Positions 17,119-26,760 of a stretch of 40,906 nucleotides of DNA are shown in pieces; within the stretch, counting starts at the first letter, position 1; each line of letters starts with the position of its first letter. Both the position numbers and the translations under genes were made by a program. Source of the DNA: an uncultured bacterium (GTDB lineage: Bacteria > Actinomycetota > Coriobacteriia > Coriobacteriales > Coriobacteriaceae); NCBI GenBank assembly GCA_905215865.1, contig CAJMRJ010000001.1:1-40906 (forward strand). The letters are read 5' to 3'. The notes below the pieces were generated by a model. The model was not told the origin of the DNA. It searched no databases and was given only the letters and a program-made list of their open reading frames with translations.

Positions 17119-18522
17119 TTAGAAGTCGGCGTTGCCCACGGTGCGCGGGTGCGGCAGGACGTCGCGGATGTTGCCCACGCCGGTCAGATACATGACCAAG
17201 CGCTCGAAGCCCAGGCCGTAGCCGGCGTGCTTGCAGGAACCGTAGCGGCGCAGGTCAAGGTAGTACTTGTACTGCTCGGGATTCATGCCCAGGTCCTTGA
17301 TGCGGGCCTCGAGCAGATCCAGGCGCTCTTCGCGCTGGGAGCCGCCGATAATCTCGCCGATACCGGGAACCAGGCAGTCGGCGGCGGCGACGGTCTTGCC
17401 GTCCTCGTTCATGCGCATGTAGAACGCCTTAATCTCCGCCGGGTAGTCGGTTACAAAGGTCGGGCGCTTAAAGTGCTCCTCGGTCAGGAAACGCTCGTGC
17501 TCGGTTTGCAGGTCGATGCCCCAGCTGACGGGGTAGTCGAACTTGTGGCCGGCAGCCACCGCCTGCTCCAGGATCTCGACGGCCTCGGTGTAGGTAACGC
17601 GGGCGAAGTCGGAGTTTGCCACGTGGTTCAAACGCTCGATCAGACCCTTGTCCACGAACTTGTTGAGCATGTTGAGCTCGTCGGGGCAGGTGGCCATAAC
17701 GTCCTTAAGAACGTACTTGAGCATGGCCTCAGCGTTATCCATGTAGTCGTTGAGGTCGGCGAAGGCCATCTCGGGCTCAATCATCCAAAACTCGGCGGCG
17801 TGGCGCGTGGTGTTGGAGTTTTCGGCGCGGAAGGTGGGGCCAAAGGTGTACACGTCGCCAAAGGCCATGGCAAAGTTCTCGGCATTGAGCTGGCCGGACA
17901 CAGTGAGGCTCGCATGCTTGCCAAAGAAGTCCTGGCTCCAGTCGACCTCGCCGGACTCGGTGAGGGGCGGGTTTTTGGGGTCGAGCGTGGTCACGCGGAA
18001 CATCTCGCCGGCGCCCTCGCAGTCACTCGTGGTGATGATGGGGGTGTTGACGTAGACAAAGCCCTGCTCCTGGAAGAAGCGGTGGATGGCGGCAGCCGCG
18101 ACAGAGCGGATGCGGAACACGGCGCGGAACAGGTTGGTGCGCGGGCGCAGGTGCTGCTGGGTGCGCAGGAACTCGACGGTTGCGCGCTTTTTCTGCAGCG
18201 GGTAATCCGGGGCGCTGACGCCCTCGACCTCGATGGAGGTGGCAGAAAGCTCGAAGGGCTGGGGCGCATCGGGGGTCAGCTTGACGGTGCCGGTGCAGAT
18301 GAGGGCGGCAGAGACGTTTTGGTGGGCGATCTCGTCGTAGTTGTCGAGCGCCTCGCGGTTCATGACGACCTGCAGGTCGCGGAAGCAGCTGCCGTCGTTG
18401 AGCGTAACGAAGCCAAAGTTCTTCATGTCGCGGACGGACTTGACCCAGCCGGCAACGGTGACGGTCTGGCCACCGAGCGACTCGGCATCGGCATAGAGCT
18501 GCGCGATTTTGGTGCGGTTCAC
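17119..18522 (-). CDS. asnS: Asparagine--tRNA ligase
   Basis: [52 protein letters not shown] and GLGFERL; GTG start at 18522 behind GGGAGG. Confidence 0.96.
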   Translation of the reverse strand: MNRTKIAQLYADAESLGGQTVTVAGWVKSVRDMKNFGFVTLNDGSCFRDLQVVMNREALDNYDEIAHQNVSAALICTGTVKLTPDAPQPFELSATSIEVEGVSAPDYPLQKKRATVEFLRTQQHLRPRTNLFRAVFRIRSVAAAAIHRFFQEQGFVYVNTPIITTSDCEGAGEMFRVTTLDPKNPPLTESGEVDWSQDFFGKHASLTVSGQLNAENFAMAFGDVYTFGPTFRAENSNTTRHAAEFWMIEPEMAFADLNDYMDNAEAMLKYVLKDVMATCPDELNMLNKFVDKGLIERLNHVANSDFARVTYTEAVEILEQAVAAGHKFDYPVSWGIDLQTEHERFLTEEHFKRPTFVTDYPAEIKAFYMRMNEDGKTVAAADCLVPGIGEIIGGSQREERLDLLEARIKDLGMNPEQYKYYLDLRRYGSCKHAGYGLGFERLVMYLTGVGNIRDVLPHPRTVGNADF

Positions 18523-18568
18523 GTATCCTCCCATAACGGTTGTACGGATTATTTCCAAACAGTTAACC

Positions 18569-18597
18569 ATTCTAACCCGCGAGTGGGGGCGTAGCAA
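18569..18597 (-). promoter_or_regulatory. Sigma-A-type promoter of asnS
   Basis: TTGCTA-17 bp-TAGAAT on the minus strand. Confidence 0.6.
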
Positions 18598-18658
18598 AAC
18601 GTCAGGCGTGATGTATGGGCGTGACGTGGGCACCGCGCAAGCGCCGATTTTGCGGTGC

Positions 18659-20593
18659 CTAGTGTCCGCAGATGGCTTGGCGTATGAGGGCTGCGTAGGT
18701 GTCGATTCCCGCCTGGGTGAGGTGTGTGCCGTCGTCGACAAGGTATTCGCTGTGGCCCTCCGAGGCGCCGTTCCAGTCGATGACGCCGGCGTTGTCGTTT
18801 TGGGCGCATACGTCGCGGATCGTCTGGTTGTTGCGGTCCTGTAGCTCGAGCGGCACGCGCACGGTCACAAAGTAGATGGGTTTGCCGCCCACGGCATTGA
18901 TCACGTCCTGCACCTGCTGAGGGTCGCGGATGAGGCCGTTGGTGCCAAGCGCGCAGATGACCACGCTTGGATCGTAGTTGGCGATGTCCTGCGCGTAGAC
19001 ATCCTGGAAGGTGTAGAACTGGCGGCTCACCACGCCGTCGATGTACGCGTTGGGAAGCACCGCCTGAATGCCAGGTTGGGCACCTGCGGTGACCGAGTCG
19101 CCGATCATGAGCACGCGGGCGTCGCAGGTTCCGGTCGCCTCGTCGTAGGTAAAGCTCTTCCAGTCAAGGTTCTTCGGGACCTTTTCGGCGATAGGTCCCT
19201 CTTTGGGTTTTTGCTTGGTGGCGTCTTCGGATGCGGTGTCGCTGGGCTGGGAATCTTTGCCGGATGCGGGCTCGGCGCCCTTGTCGTTGGCTCCGTTGTC
19301 CTGGGCGGAGGTCGCGTTCTGGGCAAGCTCGGGACGGAGTTGCTCGGCGCGGGCGGTGGCGATGCCTGCCCAGTCAAGCGGCGCGAAGGCAAGTGCGGCG
19401 ACGCATACGGCGCCAAGCGCGGGGAGCACCATGGCGGGCGCGAGGACGTGCTTTCTTGCCGTGCTGTCCTGTTGGGCCGGCTTGCGGGACCAAGGACGTT
19501 CGACGAGGCGATAGAAAACCTCGGCTACCGCAAGGATCAGTACAAGCTGTAATACCTGCTCCCACCAGGCGATGCGGGTAGTGCGGGTTGCGGGGTTCAT
19601 AAGAAGCAGTAGGGGATAGTGCACCAGATAGACCGAGAACGAGCGCTGGCCCAGCCAGACGAGCGGCTTGACCGACAACAGACGGCGCACGATGCACTCC
19701 GTATTCTGCACGCAGATGATGAGGAGTCCGGTGAGCAGGGCAAACAGCAAAAAGCCGCCGCGGTAGAGCCAAGCGCTCTCTCCGGTCAGCATGAGTGCGC
19801 CGGCTATAACGGCAACGAGCCACGCGATAGAAATCGCGTTGACCTTTGAGATGCCCTTGTTGGCGCCGGGGATATGGATTTCACCGCTCAGCATCTCGCG
19901 CAGACGCGGCGCGGCGATGGCGGCTAAGGCTCCGCATAGAAGCTCGGCGGCACGGGCGTCGGTTCCGTAGTAGACGCGCGATGTGTCGGCGGTGGGATTA
20001 AACATGAGGACCATGGTTGCCGTCGATGCAAGCGCGAATGCGATCGTGATGCCGATGGCGGTGTTGCGCGACCTGGTTTTGCTGCACAGTGCCATAAGGA
20101 TGACCGGCCATACCAGATAGAACTGCATGGTGACAGCGCAGAACCACAGGTGCGTGAGCGGCGAGGGGAGCCCCGCGGCGGCGAAATACGAGACGTTGCG
20201 GAAGATGTAGAACCAGTTGCTCAAAAAGAGTGCCGATGGCAGGGCGTCCTGCTGCACCTTAGGGAGTAGGCTCGGGGCTGCGATGTAGGTGGCGACGGCG
20301 GTAAGCGCGATGGTCACGACGATTGGCGGCATCATGCGCGCAATGCGGCGGCAGATATAGCGCGGGTATGAGAATCCGTCGCGTGCCGTGGCCCGCATAA
20401 TGCTTTTGGTGGCGAGATAGCCACTCAGCGTAAAGAAGAGCGTAACGCCCAAAAAACCGCCGGTCAGGCGGCTGGGGCGAAGGTGATATAGGACGACGCC
20501 GGCGATGGCGAGGGCGCGGAGCCCGTCGAGCGCGACGATGCGTTGGTTGCGTTGAGGCGCGGCATGTGCGGCGTCCGTGGGTGTGTTTTGCAT
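18659..20593 (-). CDS. OatA-like O-acyltransferase (acyltransferase-3 + SGNH domain)
   Basis: [29 protein letters not shown] and YYGTDARA; C-terminal GDSV, LGTNG and DGTH. Confidence 0.88.
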   Translation of the reverse strand: MQNTPTDAAHAAPQRNQRIVALDGLRALAIAGVVLYHLRPSRLTGGFLGVTLFFTLSGYLATKSIMRATARDGFSYPRYICRRIARMMPPIVVTIALTAVATYIAAPSLLPKVQQDALPSALFLSNWFYIFRNVSYFAAAGLPSPLTHLWFCAVTMQFYLVWPVILMALCSKTRSRNTAIGITIAFALASTATMVLMFNPTADTSRVYYGTDARAAELLCGALAAIAAPRLREMLSGEIHIPGANKGISKVNAISIAWLVAVIAGALMLTGESAWLYRGGFLLFALLTGLLIICVQNTECIVRRLLSVKPLVWLGQRSFSVYLVHYPLLLLMNPATRTTRIAWWEQVLQLVLILAVAEVFYRLVERPWSRKPAQQDSTARKHVLAPAMVLPALGAVCVAALAFAPLDWAGIATARAEQLRPELAQNATSAQDNGANDKGAEPASGKDSQPSDTASEDATKQKPKEGPIAEKVPKNLDWKSFTYDEATGTCDARVLMIGDSVTAGAQPGIQAVLPNAYIDGVVSRQFYTFQDVYAQDIANYDPSVVICALGTNGLIRDPQQVQDVINAVGGKPIYFVTVRVPLELQDRNNQTIRDVCAQNDNAGVIDWNGASEGHSEYLVDDGTHLTQAGIDTYAALIRQAICGH

Positions 20594-20702
20594 CGATCTT
20601 CCTCCAATGTCGACCTAGCAGTCTAGCGCTCTGCGCGGACAAAGGAAGGGGGTTCGTGCGGTTGAACAACATGCCGCGGGGCGATGCCTCGCTACGCAAA
20701 AG

Positions 20703-20786
20703 CCGCACCTGCGTTGATGCTTAGCTGCCTATATAGAAACGTTTCAGAACCTCTACATAGGCAAAAACAACAACACAGGTGCGGCA
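20703..20786 (-). terminator. Long imperfect hairpin downstream of the PTS EIIA gene
   Basis: GCCGCACCTG.GTTG...GCCTAT / ATAGGC...CAAC.CAGGTGCGGC arms, followed by TTTT on the minus strand. Confidence 0.55.
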
Positions 20787-20827
20787 AAGATGCACGGGTG
20801 GTTGAGCCTTTATGCGATAATGCTCGG

Positions 20828-21391
20828 CTACTTGGTCTTGGCAACCAGCAGCGGGTCGCCAAGCTTGACGAGCGGATTGCCGCCGATAAGCGTGCCAGAC
20901 TCGCCGACGTGGTCGATGCTCTTGAGGCGGTCGAGCTCAGAGACGATGACGGTCACGATGTCCTCGTGGCCGGCGGCTTTGATGGCGTCGCGGTCGAAGC
21001 TGATGAGCGGCTGGCCGGCCTTGACCACATCGCCCATCTCGACAAAGCGGGCAAAACCCTTGCCGTTCATTTCCACGGTGCCCAGGCCAACATGGATGAA
21101 CACGCGTAGGCCGTCCTCGGTAATCATGCCGATGGAGTGGTTGGTGACGGTGGTGGCGCCGATACGGCCGTTGGCGGGGGCGTAAATGGTGCCGGTAATG
21201 GGCTCGATGCCGTAACCCTGGCCGAGCATGCCCGAGGCGATGGTCTCGTCGGGAACTTCACTCAGATTGACGAGCACGCCGTTGACGGGAGCGTAGATGA
21301 CGCCTTCGCGGGTGGCGAAGCTTGCTGCGGGCGGAACGGACGCCTCGCCCGACGAAGTGAACGTGGACTTGAGCGAATCGAGCAGACCCAT
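20828..21391 (-). CDS. PTS glucose-family EIIA component (stand-alone)
   Basis: YAPVNG, VPDETIASGMLGQG, TNHSIG and IHVGLGTV with both conserved His; ATG at 21391 behind GGAGG. Confidence 0.88.
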   Translation of the reverse strand: MGLLDSLKSTFTSSGEASVPPAASFATREGVIYAPVNGVLVNLSEVPDETIASGMLGQGYGIEPITGTIYAPANGRIGATTVTNHSIGMITEDGLRVFIHVGLGTVEMNGKGFARFVEMGDVVKAGQPLISFDRDAIKAAGHEDIVTVIVSELDRLKSIDHVGESGTLIGGNPLVKLGDPLLVAKTK

Positions 21392-21637
21392 AGATGCCTC
21401 CAACGTATCAGGCGCGCATGTTGCACGCGTGTGGTTTGCCGGAAACGTTTCGTACGTGTTTCCCAGCACGGTCAGCGCCCCTATTTTACGCTGCCTAACG
21501 ATACCTCTGAACAGCGATTTTGTGATATATCAGTTGAAGGCCAACTTATTGCGGGGGTGTTTCTGCGCCACGGGCTCAAGTGGGGTACGCTAAGGTGCGA
21601 AAAACGAGTGCGCGCGAATCGCACGGAGGGAGCACCT

Positions 21638-22537
21638 ATGATTATTGAGAACCATGCGCTGTGGGGCGAGGAGCCGACCGAGGATTATCCGGCGACGTTT
21701 ACGTATCTGGGTGCCGAGCCGCTGCCCGACAAGCCCAATGGCCGCCGCCCCGCGGTGATCATCTGCGGCGGAGGCGGGTTTACGCATATCGCTCCGCACG
21801 AGCAGGACCCGGTGGCGTTTGCGTTTTTGGACCGCGGCTACCAGGCCTTTGTGCTCAACTATGTGACGAGTGGCACGGGCGACGTGAGCTTTCCGCACCC
21901 GCAGGCGGACCTCGCCAAGATGGTCGCTACCGTGCGTGCCAACGCCGACGAGTGGCATGTCGATCCCAAGCGCGTGTGCATCGTGGGCTTCTCGGCGGGC
22001 GGCATGATCTGCGCCTCGTTGGCAACGCAGTGGAAGACCGGACCCTTCGCGGGCCTTGCCGGGGCTCGTCCGGAGGATATTCGTCCCGACGCCGTGGTGC
22101 TGGGCTATCCGTTGCTCGACCTTGCCTATGTGCGCGATATGCAGACGCGCGACCCGCGCATCGACCTGCGCGTGCCCAAGACGGGTGGCAAGACGGGGCG
22201 CGATTTGCTCAACGACTATCTGTCGATGGTGACGGGCGGCGAGGCGACCGATGAGCACCTGACCGACATTTGCCCTACCACGCACGTTTCGCGCCAGATG
22301 CCCCCGACCTTTGTGTGGGGCGTTTCGGACGACAAGACGGCGCCGGTCGCGCAGGTCTATCCGTTTGTGCAGCGCATGGCCGAGGAGGGTGTTGCATGCG
22401 AGATGCACGTCTTTGACCAGGGCGGTCACGGCCTTTCGCTCGGCAACGCCAATACCGCGGTCGACAACGAGGACAAGCAGGCTTCCGTCCGTCCCTGGAT
22501 CCGTCTGGCCTTCCGCTTTCTGGAGCGCCATCTGTAA
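21638..22537 (+). CDS. Alpha/beta hydrolase (esterase/lipase-like)
   Basis: CGGGG oxyanion motif, GFSAGG nucleophile, DDKT acid and GGHG His; ATG at 21638 behind GGAGGGAG. Confidence 0.88.
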   Translation: MIIENHALWGEEPTEDYPATFTYLGAEPLPDKPNGRRPAVIICGGGGFTHIAPHEQDPVAFAFLDRGYQAFVLNYVTSGTGDVSFPHPQADLAKMVATVRANADEWHVDPKRVCIVGFSAGGMICASLATQWKTGPFAGLAGARPEDIRPDAVVLGYPLLDLAYVRDMQTRDPRIDLRVPKTGGKTGRDLLNDYLSMVTGGEATDEHLTDICPTTHVSRQMPPTFVWGVSDDKTAPVAQVYPFVQRMAEEGVACEMHVFDQGGHGLSLGNANTAVDNEDKQASVRPWIRLAFRFLERHL

Positions 22538-22561
22538 GAGGACGGACATCCCCTCAATAAC

Positions 22562-22624
22562 TTGCGGTGAAATAGCTCCTATTTAAGGCCTCAACCAGCC
22601 CAAGCAGGAACTATTCCACCGCAA
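22562..22624. repeat. 63-bp palindromic repeat, family A, copy 2
   Basis: TTGCGGTGAAATAGCTCCT...AGGAACTATTCCACCGCAA; same length as the other copies. Confidence 0.85.
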
Positions 22625-22646
22625 CTTTGGTTTTGATGCCCCGCCC

Positions 22647-22754
22647 GGAAACTGCGTCCCGGTTTGGGCGCGGATTCCGGGATGCAGTTTCCCCGAGAGG
22701 CCCCATCGGGAAACGGTATCCCGGAATCCGCCCGGATGGTGGGATGCGCTTTCC
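22647..22754. repeat. 62-bp-period inverted-motif array C1 (2 units)
   Basis: GGAAACTGCGTCCC-18 nt-GGGATGCAGTTTCC-16 nt-GGAAACGGTATCCC-18 nt-GGGATGCGCTTTCC. Confidence 0.9.
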
Positions 22755-22843
22755 AAATGATCCCTCGGGGACGGAGGAAAACGGATCAGTTTGGGCGGTG
22801 CTGGCGCCAAGGTTTAAGACCGACGTTGTCCCTTGTTGCTTCC

Positions 22844-23494
22844 CTACCAGACGGTGAACTGGGCGTTTTCTGTGTTCCAATGGACATCGCGAACGTAGTC
22901 GCGCACGCCCGTCGCATCTCGTGCTTCGAACAACTCAAGAATATGGGCATGTTCGTTGTTGGCTTTGTTGAGCAGTTTGCACGCCGTCTCCTGGTCGACA
23001 GTCTCGTAATCGCGCTTGATAAAGCAGCGCTCGAGCTGCGAGATCATATCGCGCAGACGGTCGTTGCCGCAGCGGTTGAAGTACGTCAGATGAAAGTCTC
23101 GCTGAATGTCGTCGTACTTTCGGATGAGACCGCCTTGGATCGCGAGGTCCATAGAGCCGACGAGAAATTTCAGCTGCGTAATGTCATCGTCGGTTAGGTT
23201 CGGACAGGAGAGATATGCGGCCTGCCCGTCGAGCGGTCCCATAATCTCAAAGACTTCAACGGCGTTTTGCTGATCGAACCCACGGACGCGGAATCCGCGG
23301 CGGGGGAGATTGTCCAGGTAGCCATCGCTTGCCAGCTGGATGAGCGCTTCGCGGACCGGCGTGCGCGACACGCCCATGGCATCGCAGATCGTCTGCTCGC
23401 TCAGCCGGTCGCCGGCGGACAATTCGCCGGCGTCAATACGGCTCGAAATATAGTCGTATACGTGGTCCTTCAGGGGCCTTCTGAGCGTTTCCAT
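22844..23494 (-). CDS. GntR/FCD family transcriptional regulator
   Basis: GDRLSE...MGVSRTPVREAL HTH; FH...GN.RL and EH..IL FCD features. Confidence 0.92.
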   Translation of the reverse strand: METLRRPLKDHVYDYISSRIDAGELSAGDRLSEQTICDAMGVSRTPVREALIQLASDGYLDNLPRRGFRVRGFDQQNAVEVFEIMGPLDGQAAYLSCPNLTDDDITQLKFLVGSMDLAIQGGLIRKYDDIQRDFHLTYFNRCGNDRLRDMISQLERCFIKRDYETVDQETACKLLNKANNEHAHILELFEARDATGVRDYVRDVHWNTENAQFTVW

Positions 23495-23641
23495 GAGCTT
23501 ATGTTCCTTAACTGTATATTTCTAAAATTAAATACATTTCACTTAAACAGTTCAGTTGAATTATAGAACGACCAGCTAAATCATACTACTTTGCGCCGAT
23601 ACGTAAGGATACGCTCACCGAGGATTACCTACCGTTCAGGA

Positions 23642-23680
23642 TTGTATACAATATACAAAACAGGAAAACCGCCCTATGAT
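23642..23680 (+). promoter_or_regulatory. Putative GntR operator and promoter of the DDAH operon
   Basis: Palindrome TTGTATACAA (23642-23651) plus a repeated TATACAA; TATACA-17 bp-TATGAT. Confidence 0.55.
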
Positions 23681-23748
23681 TAAGCCATCGAAAGGAAGGC
23701 GGACACAAGGAAGTCCCGCCTCTGCTGAGAGATCCAAGGAGGATCATC

Positions 23749-24525
23749 ATGACCAAGTTCAGCCACGTCATCATCCGTCGTCCCGGCAAGTCCCTGAGCA
23801 ATGGCATCACGAGCGCACCCGAGCTTGGCCAGCCTATCTACGAGCGCGCCATCGAGGAGCACTACGATTATGAGCATGCGCTCGAGCAGTGTGGCGTGGA
23901 CGTGTCGGTGCTGCCTGCCCTCGAGCAGTATCCCGACAGCTGCTTCGTCGAGGATCCGGCCGTCATCACTCGCTGCGGCGCCATTATTACCAACCCCGGT
24001 GCCGACAGCCGCAACGGCGAGAAGGACGAGATCGAGCCGGTCGTCCGTCGCTTCTTTGACGACGAGCATGTCAAGCACATTGTTTCTCCCGGCACGCTCG
24101 ACGGCGGCGACGTCATGATGGTCGGCGATCATTTCTATGTCGGTCGCTCCGCTCGCACCAATGAAGAGGGCATTCGCCAGTTCTGCGAGATTCTCGAGGG
24201 CTGGGGCCTCGAGGGTTCCGAGGTTCCGCTGGAGGAGGTCCTGCACCTCAAGACGGGCGTCAACTACATCGAGGACAACAACATGCTCGTCTCCGGCGAG
24301 TTCATCGATAAGCCCGACTTTGCCCAGTACAACAAGATTGTCGTGCCCGAGGACGAAGCCTATGGCGCTAACTGCATCTGGGTCAACGGTACGGTCATCG
24401 TTGCCGAGGGCTATCCGACCGTGCTCAAGGCCGTGCAGGATCTGGGCTACAAGACGCTCGTCGTCGATACCTCCGAGTATCGCAAGGTCGACGGTGGCCT
24501 TTCTTGCCTGTCGCTGCGCTTCTAA
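23749..24525 (+). CDS. N(G),N(G)-dimethylarginine dimethylaminohydrolase (DDAH)
   Basis: PDSCFVEDP, SRNGE, LDGGDV, RTN, LHLKT, YGANC and EYRKVDGGLSCLSLRF; catalytic Cys, His and acid present; similar along its whole length to Pseudomonas DDAH as I recall it. Confidence 0.88.
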   Translation: MTKFSHVIIRRPGKSLSNGITSAPELGQPIYERAIEEHYDYEHALEQCGVDVSVLPALEQYPDSCFVEDPAVITRCGAIITNPGADSRNGEKDEIEPVVRRFFDDEHVKHIVSPGTLDGGDVMMVGDHFYVGRSARTNEEGIRQFCEILEGWGLEGSEVPLEEVLHLKTGVNYIEDNNMLVSGEFIDKPDFAQYNKIVVPEDEAYGANCIWVNGTVIVAEGYPTVLKAVQDLGYKTLVVDTSEYRKVDGGLSCLSLRF

Positions 24526-24634
24526 CGCGATAGCTGTAACAGTCTGATGATCGCTTGACCGATGGCCCGGCACCCGATTCGGGACGTCCGGGTCATCTTT
24601 CGTTCGATCACATGATGAAGGGGGTGCACATACA

Positions 24635-26094
24635 ATGGCCTCTAAAGCTCAAAACGATGAGATTATCGACCCTAATGGCCTCGATCTCTTTCGTCTGACC
24701 ATGATGGTTATCACCGCGAGCATTTGCGGCGGTATCTTCTCTCTTGCCGGCGATATGGCGGGGGAGCCAATACCGGCGCGGTCATCGTATCGTGGGGAAT
24801 TTGCTTTATCGGCGTCTTTGCGCTGATGATGGTGTTCAACGGATTGTCTCAGGCCCGTCCCGATCTGACCGGCGGTATCTATGCATACGCTGCGGCCGGT
24901 TTTGGCGATTACATTGGTTTCAACTCCGCCTGGGGTTACTGGATCAGCGCATGCCTTTCCAACGTGAGCTTTGCGCTCTTGCTGTTTAGCGCGCTGGGCT
25001 ATTTCTTCCCTGCGTTTGGCGCGGGCAACAATCTGCTTTCCATCATCTGCGCAAGCGTGTTCCTGTGGTTCCTTACCGCGCTTGTACTTCGTGGCGTTAA
25101 AGAGGCCGCGGGCATTAACACGATCGTCACCTTGGCGAAGCTGGTGCCGCTGGGACTCTTTGTGCTGAGCATTGTGCTCCTGGGTAAGTTCAACGTCGAT
25201 ATCTTTATGGACAACTTCTGGGGAGAGCCGGCGGGTCCTGGCTTTGGCGAGCAGGTTGTCTCGATCATGATTGCCCTTGTTTGGGTCTTCACGGGCATCG
25301 AGGGTGCCGTCGTCATCTCGGGCCGTGCAAAGTATGTGCGCGACGTAGGTCGCTCGACGGCGCTTGGATTTGCGGCTGTGTTCACGCTGTATCTGATTAT
25401 CTCGATGCTGTCGCTTGGCATTATGCCGCGCGAGGAGATGGCGCAGCTCGCAACGCCCTCCATGGCGGGAATTCTCGAGCGCGCAATCGGTCCTGTTGGC
25501 GCTGCCATCGTAAACCTTGGCGTTATTCTCTCGCTGGTCGGCGCGATGCTGGGCTACGTCATCATTGCATCCGAGACGCCGTTCGAGGCGGCGCGCCAGG
25601 GTTCCTTCCCGCTGGCGTTTGCCAAGACGAACACGCATGATGCCCCGGTGGTAACGATTCTCGTGAGCTCCGGTATCACGCAGCTCTTCTTGATTGTGTC
25701 GTATGTGGCGGCGAGCACCTACCAGTTTTTCTACAGCTGCGCGGTCAATACGATCCTAGTTCCGTACGTGTGCTCGGCAGCCTACTACATGGTGATCGGC
25801 TGGAAGAATGAATATCTGGATGGTCCGCATGCGCCAAGCGTCGGCAAAGCCCGCTTCTTCGGTACACTCGGCTTCATCTACACATTGTTCCTGGTGTGGT
25901 CGACTGGTCTCCAGGGCGTTATGATCACGACGATTCTTTTTGCTCCGGCCATTCCCGTCTATATGCTGGGTGAGCGAGGCCGCGGTAAGCCGGTGCTTCC
26001 GCATCTGCACGACAAGCTGATCGCAGCGGTGGTCATTGTCGTGGCAATCATTTCGCTGTATCTGCACTTTGCCGGCATTGCGCCGATTGTCTAG
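24635..26094 (+). pseudogene. ArcD/LysI-like basic amino acid antiporter (APC family), frameshifted near 24760
   Basis: ORF 24635 gives TM1 (ASICGGIFSLAGDMAG) and continues in the -1 frame (GANTGAVIVSW..., GGIYAYA..GFG, WVFTGIEGA). The break falls at a G5 run (24760-24764). Confidence 0.8.
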
Positions 26095-26140
26095 GACTGC
26101 GGCAAGCTTCATCGCTTGGTACGCCGACTGAGGCATCGCG

Positions 26141-26186
26141 TGCCGGTGCCGTTCGGTAATCCATGCCGGTGCCGTTCGGTAATCCA
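26141..26186. repeat. Perfect 23-bp tandem duplication
   Basis: TGCCGGTGCCGTTCGGTAATCCA x2. Confidence 0.9.
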
Positions 26187-26230
26187 TAACTGACGTGGGC
26201 CTCTGTAACGTACCTTTGTGAGCGCCCACT

Positions 26231-26270
26231 AAACCCGCGCAGGTGACTACGATTGCCCGCGCGGGTTTTT
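26231..26270 (+). terminator. Probable terminator of the DDAH-antiporter operon
   Basis: AAACCCGCGC...GCGCGGGTTTTT. Confidence 0.6.
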
Positions 26271-26409
26271 GCAGTTGCGGCGAAATGCTGCCGGCAGCTG
26301 GGGACGTTCCTATTGTGCCGGCACTCTGGGACACTCCTTGGATGTTCTGCATGCGACAGAGGAAAGCGGATGATTTTGACGAGGGGCGGGCGGCTGATTC
26401 GGTCCTTGG

Positions 26410-26733
26410 GGAAACCGCGTCCCGTTTTGGGCGCAGATTCCGGGCCGCAGTTTCCCCGAGGGGCTCGATCGGGAAAATACGTCTCAGTCTGAGTGCCTAT
26501 TCCGGGACGCAGTTTCCGCTAGAGGCCCGTTTGGGAAATCGTGGCCCGTTTCGGCCGCCGATTCTGGGATGGGCTTTCCGCTAGATGCCTCAGTCGGAAA
26601 GCCCATCCCGTTTTAGCGTTTCGGAGTGGGATGCAGTTTCCCCAGGAGGCCCCATCGGGAAATTGGGGACCGGAATTCGCCTGAGTAGTGGGATACAGTT
26701 TTCGCAGCAGGCCCGTCTGGGAAACCACGGCCC
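26410..26733. repeat. 62-bp-period inverted-motif array C2 (5.5 units)
   Basis: GGAAA-type motifs start at 26410, 26472, 26534, 26596, 26658 and 26720; inverted GGG...TTTCC-type motifs start at 26442, 26504, 26566, 26628 and 26690. Confidence 0.92.
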
Positions 26734-26760
26734 AGAATTCCCATTGCACCAATCTGTTGA

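Noticed and set aside
17101..18594. Other long antisense ORFs (17101..18594, 1799..3112, 14815..16032, 27852..29210, 10796..12076, 36285..37292)
   Set aside because: Each mirrors a well-supported gene on the opposite strand.
18523..18658. T-box leader before asnS
   Set aside because: The leader after the predicted promoter is only about 40 nt and has no T-box motif.
22583..22880. Small ORFs over the repeat arrays and palindromes (also 26243-26794, 34476-35173, 37151-37471)
   Set aside because: They are translations of repeat DNA with no RBS or coding signature.
23749..24525. Arginine deiminase (arcA)
   Set aside because: At 258 aa it is too short for ArcA (~410 aa), and the motifs match DDAH.
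26410..26733. CRISPR array or TIGR-type guide array
   Set aside because: Motifs alternate in orientation and are degenerate. Spacers are only 16/18 nt and resemble each other across loci. There is no leader and no cas or tas gene, and the period does not match the ~36-nt TIGR unit.
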